Below are positions 57,516 through 64,000 of a DNA stretch of 64,000 bases, piece after piece. The DNA is taken from NCBI GenBank assembly GCA_035534635.1, contig DATLRP010000040.1:27332-91331 (forward strand), in the 5' to 3' direction. Every line of letters starts with the position of its first letter. Within the stretch, counting starts at the first letter, position 1. The DNA comes from Terracidiphilus sp. (GTDB lineage: Bacteria; Acidobacteriota; Terriglobia; Terriglobales; Acidobacteriaceae). Made by a program: the position numbers and the translations under genes. The notes beneath the pieces were generated by a model that was not told the origin of the DNA, did not search any database, and was given only the letters and a program-made list of their open reading frames with translations.

Positions 57516-57572
57516 TCCGGAGCCTCCCGGCCCGACACGTCACTCCCGTAACCCTTCCCGCGGCTCCATCCA

Positions 57573-57578
57573 TAGAAT
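57573..57578 (+). promoter_or_regulatory. -10-like TAGAAT upstream of gene 57730..58791
   Basis: CCATAGAATCC, ~150 nt before the ATG. Confidence 0.25.
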
Positions 57579-57729
57579 CCAGCTAGTCAAGAGCCGCGCA
57601 TACCCGTTAGGGTTCTATTGGAGATAGATTGGTACTGTCCAATTGGAGCCACCCGGTTGATGCAGAAGGCTCCCCCTTTGCTGGATTTCCCTGCTGCGGG
57701 CCGCGACGAGCCGCGAGAGGTGTTGCCTG

Positions 57730-58791
57730 ATGACGGACTTTGAGGACGACGCGCACCGCCAGTCCCCGCCGCCGGAAAAAACCGAGCGCTTCATCGCAAA
57801 TCCCTATGACAGCGCCGAGCCGCCCGCGGGAAGCCCCATCAAGAAGTCGCCGGAACGGGGCTCGGAATACACGATGCTGCTCATCGGCTTCGCCGTCCTC
57901 GTCGTCGTCGCCATCGGCATCTATTTCCTCAAGCAGCCAAAGGCCGCGCCTCCCGGAGCCGACCTCGGCCAGGCTGTTTTCAATGCCGGCGGACTCCGCG
58001 GCCACCTTGTCACTCGCTGGGAGGGCAACGCCGTCTACAAACTGGAGATCGAGCCGATCGATCCCACGTACGCGGCCGGCTTCGCCTATGCCGCCGCCCA
58101 TCCGCCAAGGCCCATCGAGTTCAACCTTCGCATCCTGGATGCCTCCGGCTTCGCGCTCTGCAGCACCCAGGTCCTGCTGCCCTTTGACCCGTCCACCGTC
58201 CCGTCGGAGTCCGCCAGTCTGCCTTCCGGCCGCGGCAAAAAAGCTCAGGAAGCCCGCGCCGCCGCCAAGCAGGCTGACCTTCAAGCCCGTCAGACCCAGG
58301 AAACGCAGCGCGAGAGCGGCCACGACGTCCTGCAGGAAAAACTCGGCAACGACGGCAGTGTCGCCTCTCTTTACACCCAGGGGGCTCTGCGCTGCACCTC
58401 CGATCAGTATGCCCACTTCGACTACTGGGACTTCAACACCAACTTCCCCACCGTCCAGGAACAGCACGACCTGATGACGCACAAGTCGCAACGACAGGCC
58501 GAACTCTCCCGCGCCCAGCACGAAGCCGCCCGCCGCAAGGCGCAGCGGATGCTCGAGTCCGCCTTTTACGTCGAAGGCGATGTCCGCGTGAACACCTGGG
58601 ATCAGGCCGCCGGCATGCTCGGCTCAGGCGCGGGAAAGAGCTTCTATGTCGCCAAGGCCAGCGACCGGCCCATCGCAGCCGGCTGGGCTTCCAACGGCAC
58701 CCTCATTCATTACAAGTGCGACCAGCACGGCATCTGCGTGCTCACCCAGTCCGGCACCGGCACCGTTATCCTGGGCTCCATGAATCAGTAA
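57730..58791 (+). CDS. hypothetical membrane-anchored protein
   Basis: A single TM helix (MLLIGFAVLVVVAIGIYF). Strong GC3 bias. The opposite-strand ORF is an Arg/Gly-rich shadow. Confidence 0.6.
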   Translation: MTDFEDDAHRQSPPPEKTERFIANPYDSAEPPAGSPIKKSPERGSEYTMLLIGFAVLVVVAIGIYFLKQPKAAPPGADLGQAVFNAGGLRGHLVTRWEGNAVYKLEIEPIDPTYAAGFAYAAAHPPRPIEFNLRILDASGFALCSTQVLLPFDPSTVPSESASLPSGRGKKAQEARAAAKQADLQARQTQETQRESGHDVLQEKLGNDGSVASLYTQGALRCTSDQYAHFDYWDFNTNFPTVQEQHDLMTHKSQRQAELSRAQHEAARRKAQRMLESAFYVEGDVRVNTWDQAAGMLGSGAGKSFYVAKASDRPIAAGWASNGTLIHYKCDQHGICVLTQSGTGTVILGSMNQ

Positions 58792-58880
58792 CGCGCAATC
58801 GTCTTAACGCGTCGAACGGGCCGAATCCTGACAACTTCTCGCCCGCCGCAGGAATCAGCCGCTCACTCACTCCGCCCCGC

Positions 58881-60371
58881 TCACTCCGCGTTGTCAATCT
58901 GCGCGCGCTGCAAAGTATCCGAATAATCCACGTACACAGCCTTCCACGTCGTAAAGAAGTCGATCGCGCCAAGCCCCTCGCGGTGCCCGTTCCCCGTCTG
59001 CTTCACGCCGCCGAACGGCAGATGCACCTCCGCGCCAATCGTCGGCGCATTGATGTAGGTAATCCCCGCTTCCAGGTCCCGCATCGCCGCAAACGCCCGG
59101 TTCACGTCCTTCGTGTAGAGCGCCGTCGACAAGCCGTAGTCAATCGAGTTGGCAATCTCCACCGCCTGCTCAAACGTCTCGAACTCAATCAGCGAAACCA
59201 CCGGCCCAAAGACCTCTTCGCGCGCAATCCGCATCTCCGGCTTCACTCCGGCAAAGATCGTCGGCTCAAAGAAGGTCCCCTTCGCATAACTTCCGCCGGT
59301 AAGTGCGTGCCCGCCCAGCAGCAGCTTCGCGCCTTCGCCGCTGGCAATCTCCGCATACTTCGCTGATGTGGCAATCTGGCTCGCATTCACCTGCGGGCCC
59401 ACCTGCATCCTCTCGTCCAGCCCGTTGCCCACCCTCAGAGCCTTGGCTCGCGCCACAAACTCCGCCGTGAACTGCTCCGCAATCCCCTTCTGCAGCAGGA
59501 TGCGGCTCGTCGCCGTGCAGCGCTGTCCGGTGGTGCCGAACGAGCCCCACAGCGCACCGTCCAGCGCCAGTTCCAGGTTCGCGTCGTCTAGCACAATCTG
59601 CGCGTTCTTGCCGCCCATCTCCAGCGACACCGCCTTGAACGTCGCCGCCGCACGCTGGCCCACCAGCGATCCCACCTGGCTTGACCCCGTAAAGCTGATC
59701 GCCCGCACGTCCTTGTGCTCCACCAGCGCCGAGCCCGCGCCCGCCCCGCCCCCGAACACAATGTTCACCACGCCCCGCGGCAGTCCCGCATCCACCAGCG
59801 TCTGCACCAGGTTATAGACCGAAAGCGGCGTATCCGTCGCCGGCTTGATCACGCACGTATTCCCCGATACCAGCGCCGGAAACAGCTTCCAGCTCGGAAT
59901 CGCCATCGGGAAATTCCACGGCGTAATCATCCCCACCACGCCCACCGGCATCCGCACGCTCATGGCGAATTTATTCTGCAACTCGCTCGGCGTCGTCACG
60001 CCGAACAGCCGCCGCCCCTCGCCGGCCACGTAAAACGCCTCGTCAATCGCCTCCTGCACGTCGCCGCGCGTCTCCGCCAGCACCTTGCCCATCTCCCGGG
60101 TCATGTCGCGGGCAAACTGCTCCTTGCGCTCGCGCAGCAGCATCCCGGTCCGCATCAGGATCTCCGCCCGCTTCGGCGCCGGAACCAGCCGCCAGGTGGC
60201 ATAAGCCTTCTTGGCCGCCGCCACCGCCAGATCCACATCTTCGGCCTCCGACAGCGGAAACGCCCCCACAACATCCTCGTGGTCCGCCGGGTTCAGGTTC
60301 AGCGTCGTCTTGCCGCTCTTTGCGGGCATCCATGCGCCGCCAATCAGGTTGTTATACGTGGGATAGGTCAT
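58881..60371 (-). CDS. NAD(P)-dependent aldehyde dehydrogenase
   Basis: [15 protein letters not shown], and GQRCTATSR (catalytic Cys). ATG 60371 ([12 protein letters not shown]) has GAGG 7 nt upstream. Confidence 0.9.
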   Translation of the reverse strand: MTYPTYNNLIGGAWMPAKSGKTTLNLNPADHEDVVGAFPLSEAEDVDLAVAAAKKAYATWRLVPAPKRAEILMRTGMLLRERKEQFARDMTREMGKVLAETRGDVQEAIDEAFYVAGEGRRLFGVTTPSELQNKFAMSVRMPVGVVGMITPWNFPMAIPSWKLFPALVSGNTCVIKPATDTPLSVYNLVQTLVDAGLPRGVVNIVFGGGAGAGSALVEHKDVRAISFTGSSQVGSLVGQRAAATFKAVSLEMGGKNAQIVLDDANLELALDGALWGSFGTTGQRCTATSRILLQKGIAEQFTAEFVARAKALRVGNGLDERMQVGPQVNASQIATSAKYAEIASGEGAKLLLGGHALTGGSYAKGTFFEPTIFAGVKPEMRIAREEVFGPVVSLIEFETFEQAVEIANSIDYGLSTALYTKDVNRAFAAMRDLEAGITYINAPTIGAEVHLPFGGVKQTGNGHREGLGAIDFFTTWKAVYVDYSDTLQRAQIDNAE

Positions 60372-60406
60372 AATAGCCTCAATTGAATTGGGGAATGCGG
60401 GGCCAC

Positions 60407-60440
60407 GGACCCGGCTTTTTGCGCCCCCGGGTCCTTTTTT
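60407..60440 (+). terminator. orphan intrinsic-terminator-like hairpin
   Basis: GGACCCGG-12 nt-CCGGGTCC followed by TTTTTT on the plus strand. No plus-strand CDS lies upstream. Confidence 0.5.
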
Positions 60441-60550
60441 GCGTCCCGTCTCGCGCCCGCAAACACCTGAGTTTATCGCATCGGACGGGGGGATGTGACC
60501 TCCGGTGCACCTTTCCCACTGCGCCCTGCGCCGCCAACGCCCACTGGCCG

Positions 60551-60556
60551 TACAAT
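60551..60556 (+). promoter_or_regulatory. -10-like TACAAT upstream of mreB
   Basis: GGCCGTACAAT has the same GGCC(C/G)TACAAT context as the mnmA duplication. Confidence 0.35.
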
Positions 60557-60582
60557 ACTTCTTGAGGTAGACCCAGCTCTCC

Positions 60583-61647
60583 ATGTCATCGAACGGTTAT
60601 CCTTCGCGCGCTTCGCGATTGCACGGCCTGCGTTCGCTCTTCAGCATGTTTTCGAGCGACCTGGCCATTGATCTTGGCACTGCCAACACCCTCGTCTTCG
60701 CTGCCGGCAAAGGCATCGTCGTCGACGAGCCATCCATCGTCGCCATCAACAAGAACACCGGCGAGGTCGAAGCCGTCGGCAAGGAGGCCAAGGAGATGCT
60801 GGGCCGCACCCCCGGCAACATCGTGGCCATCAAGCCCATGAAGGACGGCGTCATCGCTGACTTCAAAGTCACTGAAAAAATGCTCAATTACTTCATCCAG
60901 AAAGCGCACAACCGCAAGATGCTCGTCCATCCGCGCATCGTCATCGGCGTGCCGTCTGAGATTACGCAGGTGGAAAAGCGCGCCGTCGAGGACTCCGCCT
61001 ATCGCGCCAAGGCCAGCGAGGTCTACCTCGTCGAGCAGGCCATGGTCGCCGCCATCGGCGCGGGCCTCCCCATCACTGAGCCCGGCGGCAACATGGTCGT
61101 CGACATCGGCGGCGGAACCACCGACATCGCCGTCATCTCTCTCTCCGGAATCGTCTACTCCCGCTCGGTCCGCATGGCCGGCAACCAGATGGACGAGTCC
61201 ATCACCAACTACCTAAAGCGCAAGTACAACCTTCTCATCGGCGAGCGCACAGCAGAGCAGATCAAGATTGAAATCGGCTCGGCCTACCCGCTCGATAAAC
61301 CCCTCACCATGGAAATCAAGGGCCGCAACCTCATTGAAGGCGTACCCAAAACCATCTCCATCGACGACAGCGAAATCCGCGAAGCCCTCGGCGAGTGCAT
61401 CGCCGTCATCATGAATGCCATTCGCGTCGCGCTCGAGCGCACACCGCCCGAGCTCTCCGCCGACATCAGTGACCGCGGCATTGTCCTCACCGGCGGCGGC
61501 GCGCTCATCAAGAACCTCGACCAGCGCATCCGCGAGGAAACCGGACTGCCCGTCTCCGTCGCCGACGACCCGTTGGCTTCCGTGGTCCTCGGCACCGGAA
61601 AAATGCTCTCCGATTTCCGGCTGCTGCGCAAAATCAAGATCGACTAG
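60583..61647 (+). CDS. mreB: rod shape-determining protein MreB
   Basis: LAIDLGTANTLV, DIGGGTTDIAV, and VLTGGGALI. Confidence 0.95.
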   Translation: MSSNGYPSRASRLHGLRSLFSMFSSDLAIDLGTANTLVFAAGKGIVVDEPSIVAINKNTGEVEAVGKEAKEMLGRTPGNIVAIKPMKDGVIADFKVTEKMLNYFIQKAHNRKMLVHPRIVIGVPSEITQVEKRAVEDSAYRAKASEVYLVEQAMVAAIGAGLPITEPGGNMVVDIGGGTTDIAVISLSGIVYSRSVRMAGNQMDESITNYLKRKYNLLIGERTAEQIKIEIGSAYPLDKPLTMEIKGRNLIEGVPKTISIDDSEIREALGECIAVIMNAIRVALERTPPELSADISDRGIVLTGGGALIKNLDQRIREETGLPVSVADDPLASVVLGTGKMLSDFRLLRKIKID

Positions 61648-61757
61648 GGCCCTCGGGACCCGTCTCCCGGCGCAGCGCGTTCAGGCAGCCGGAACGCACA
61701 GCCCCGGGCCCGCGTCTGGGTCATTCCCGGCTTTGGGTCACCCCGCGTTGGGGCATT

Positions 61758-62984
61758 ATGGAATCGTTCATCGTCCGCTATCGGAACCTTCTCGTGCTGC
61801 TGGCCCTGCTCGCCGCGCAGATCGTCGGACTCGCCATGCAGGTCCGCCGCTCCGATTCCGCCCAGATGAGCCTCGACCCGCGCGACAGCGGTGGTGTGCG
61901 CCTCATCCGACTCTGGGCCAACGCCCTCGTCTCCCCGCCCGAGCGGCTCATCCACTCCACCCGCAACGGCCTCTTCGACGTCTGGCAGAACTACATTGAC
62001 CTGCGCCAGGTCCGCAGCCAGAACAAGGACCTCGAACAAACCATCGACCGCCTCCGCCTCGAGCAAGCGGCATTGCTTGAAGATGCCCGCCAGGGCGAGC
62101 GTCTCCAGGCTCTCCTTCACTTCCAGGAAAAGTACATCTACAAGACCCTCGCCGCCCAGGTCATCGGCTCCAGCGGCAGCCAGCAATCCCATGTCGTCTA
62201 CATCGACAAAGGCGAGGACGACGGCCTCCATCGCGACATGGCCGTCATCACCCCCGACGGCATCGTCGGCAAAATCCGCGAGGTCTATCCCCACTCCGCC
62301 CAGGTGCTCATGATCAACGACCAGACCAGCGGCGCTGGCGTCATCCTTGAATCCACGCGCCTGCGCGGCATCCTGCGCGGCAACGCCATCGGCCAGCCGG
62401 AGGTCGTCGGCATCCTCTCCGACAATCGCATCCAGCCTGGCGAAAAAGTCCTCACCGCCGGCGGCGACCTCATCTTCCCCCGCGGCCTGCCCGTCGGCGT
62501 CGTGCAGAAGGTTGTCACTGACCCCGACCGCGATTCCTTCATCGACGTCATCCTCAAGCCCGCCGCTCACATCGATCGCCTCGACGAGGTTCTCGTCATC
62601 ACTTCCACCCAGCCCCGCTTCCCGCCCGACGAAAAGAAGGACATGGCCGAAAGCCAGGCCATCGACGGCAAGGTAGTCGCTGCCGCAGAGGCGGAGAAAA
62701 AAGCCACCGAGGTCCAGGAAGAACGCCTCCCCGGCCTGCTCGTCCCCAACCTTCCGCCGGACCAGCAGCCGCTCAACCAAAGCACCCCGCCCAACCCCCT
62801 CGCCAAGCAGCCGCCGCAGCCGCTGCACCCTGACCAGTTCTCGCCCACCGCCGTCACCGGCGACTCCCAGCCGGCCCCCGCCCAATCTCCCGCGCCCGCG
62901 CAGCCCGCCGCCAAAAAGCCCGCCCCACGCACCGGCAACCCCTCCGCCCCTCGCACTGGAAATCCCCCGCGGAGGAACCCCTAG
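61758..62984 (+). CDS. mreC: rod shape-determining protein MreC (long Pro-rich C-terminal tail)
   Basis: N-terminal TM helix and coiled coil (NKDLEQTIDRLRLEQ), then beta domains (GIVGKIREV..; GLPVGVV). Position between mreB and mreD. Confidence 0.85.
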   Translation: MESFIVRYRNLLVLLALLAAQIVGLAMQVRRSDSAQMSLDPRDSGGVRLIRLWANALVSPPERLIHSTRNGLFDVWQNYIDLRQVRSQNKDLEQTIDRLRLEQAALLEDARQGERLQALLHFQEKYIYKTLAAQVIGSSGSQQSHVVYIDKGEDDGLHRDMAVITPDGIVGKIREVYPHSAQVLMINDQTSGAGVILESTRLRGILRGNAIGQPEVVGILSDNRIQPGEKVLTAGGDLIFPRGLPVGVVQKVVTDPDRDSFIDVILKPAAHIDRLDEVLVITSTQPRFPPDEKKDMAESQAIDGKVVAAAEAEKKATEVQEERLPGLLVPNLPPDQQPLNQSTPPNPLAKQPPQPLHPDQFSPTAVTGDSQPAPAQSPAPAQPAAKKPAPRTGNPSAPRTGNPPRRNP

Positions 62985-62986
62985 TC

Positions 62987-63508
62987 ATGTCCGTCCTCAC
63001 GGCCAACACCCGCCGAGACCTCGAAATCCAGCGCTTCCCCCTGCTCATGTACGGGCTGGTGCCGCTCGTCTCCCTGGTGCTGCAGGCCTGGCTGCCGCGC
63101 GTTCTCGGCCGCTATGCATGGTTCGATCTCCCCCTCATCGTCACCGTCTACTTCGCGCTCGGCCGCCGCAGTCCCATCCAGGGCACGGTCATGGGCGCCG
63201 CCCTCGGCATCTTTGAGGACGCGCTCACCCACCACGCCATCGGCATCAACGGCATCGCCAAAACCGTCGTCGGCTATCTTGCCGCCTCCACCGGCGTTCG
63301 CATTGACGTCGAAAATCGCGCCATCCGCATTCTCCTCATCTTCGTTCTCTCGCTCGTCTCCAGTGGAATCTACATCTTCGTCTACCGCGGCCTGCTCGGC
63401 CTCAACCTTCGCACCGACTGGCTGTTCGAGCTCTCGAAGGCCCTCGGCAACTCCGCAATCGCTGTCGTCGTCTTTCCCCTGCTGGATCGCTTCCAGATTC
63501 GCGATTGA
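62987..63508 (+). CDS. mreD: rod shape-determining protein MreD
   Basis: Small polytopic membrane protein immediately after mreC. Confidence 0.8.
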   Translation: MSVLTANTRRDLEIQRFPLLMYGLVPLVSLVLQAWLPRVLGRYAWFDLPLIVTVYFALGRRSPIQGTVMGAALGIFEDALTHHAIGINGIAKTVVGYLAASTGVRIDVENRAIRILLIFVLSLVSSGIYIFVYRGLLGLNLRTDWLFELSKALGNSAIAVVVFPLLDRFQIRD

Positions 63509-63567
63509 CCCCGTACATGCCCCGCTGCAAGCAAAATCGCAACGCGCTATGCTAGGAACGTAGTCTC

Positions 63568-64000
63568 ATGGCTTTCGAAAAATCTACACGAGGCGAAAAA
63601 CTCTCCGGCATCAAGCTCAATGCCGTGCTGTACGGCATCCTGCTCTTGATGCTCGCGCTCTCCGCAGGCCTCTGGCGGCTCCAGGTCATCGGCGCGCAGA
63701 ACTTCCGCGTCCTCGCCGAGCAGAACCGCATCCGCAAGGTCCCCACCCTCGCCGGGCGCGGCAAACTCTTTGACCGCTACAACCGCCTCATCGTCGACAA
63801 CTACCCCTCCGTCTCCTGCTTCCTGCTGCGCGAGCAGGCCGCCAACCTCAACGCTGACCTGCCCCTCATCGCCAAAGGCCTTCACCTCGACCTCGACCAG
63901 CTTCGCGCCACCATCCGCCATTACCGCCACTCCCCCGGCTACCAGCCCATCCCCATCAAGCAGGACATCACGCCAGACGAGCAGGCCTTCATCGCCGCCC
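63568..64000 (+). CDS. mrdA: penicillin-binding protein 2 (N-terminal part; runs off window)
   Basis: ATG 63568, open to the end of the window. TM anchor, then LWRLQVIGAQNFRVLAEQNRIR..RGKLFDRYNRLIVDN is the typical PBP2 dimerisation-domain start. Follows mreBCD. Confidence 0.8.
   Translation, partial: MAFEKSTRGEKLSGIKLNAVLYGILLLMLALSAGLWRLQVIGAQNFRVLAEQNRIRKVPTLAGRGKLFDRYNRLIVDNYPSVSCFLLREQAANLNADLPLIAKGLHLDLDQLRATIRHYRHSPGYQPIPIKQDITPDEQAFIAA

Noticed and set aside
57499-57520. 8-bp perfect hairpin CCGGATCA-GGAAAA-TGATCCGG overlapping the M14 peptidase stop codon.
   Set aside because: No U-tract follows it, so it is not a convincing intrinsic terminator. It may just be a local palindrome.

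Overview
High-GC bacterial chromosome segment. GC was judged by eye at above 60 %, not computed. The gene content suggests Acidobacteriota/Terriglobia: CarboxypepD_reg-type TonB receptor, YVTN/YncE propellers, S9 and M14 peptidases, and a large Wzx/Wzy locus. This taxonomic call is inference only.

nt ~300-23,800 is one minus-strand, tightly packed, ~23-kb Wzx/Wzy-dependent exopolysaccharide locus:
- It is headed by a NusG paralogue plus a TetR regulator.
- It carries five nucleotide-sugar routes: GDP-Man 3,5-epimerase, gmd/fcl, ugd, UDP-xylose synthase and galE.
- It carries Wza/Wzc/Wzy/Wzx analogues and seven intact GT genes, plus one further GT2 present only as two fragments.
- Its distal end shows a lower-GC galE+GT2 cassette that appears to split the fragmented GT2 gene.

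The remaining 40 kb is mostly housekeeping and envelope genes:
- cysteine desulfurase-mnmA, GH51 arabinofuranosidase, and a ytxH/DUF948/YVTN cluster
- a decayed phosphoesterase pseudogene
- ribH (with an extra N-terminal domain)-nusB, a large Cys-rich lipoprotein, and an S9 peptidase
- kdsA, pyrG, a TonB receptor, an NtrY/NtrX-like pair, ald, an M14 peptidase, an aldehyde dehydrogenase, and mreBCD-mrdA

No rRNA, tRNA, CRISPR array, transposase or integrase was recognised.

Non-genic signals worth follow-up:
- -10 boxes placed 6-7 nt before start codons, implying leaderless mRNAs, including a ~27-nt motif shared by ribH and kdsA
- two 129-bp direct repeats flanking a low-GC membrane-protein gene
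- a 268-bp long-palindrome (MITE-like) element
- an orphan promoter-plus-terminator unit that could be a ~60-nt sRNA
- several tandem duplications in promoter regions

All family assignments come from motif recognition by eye. No database search was run.
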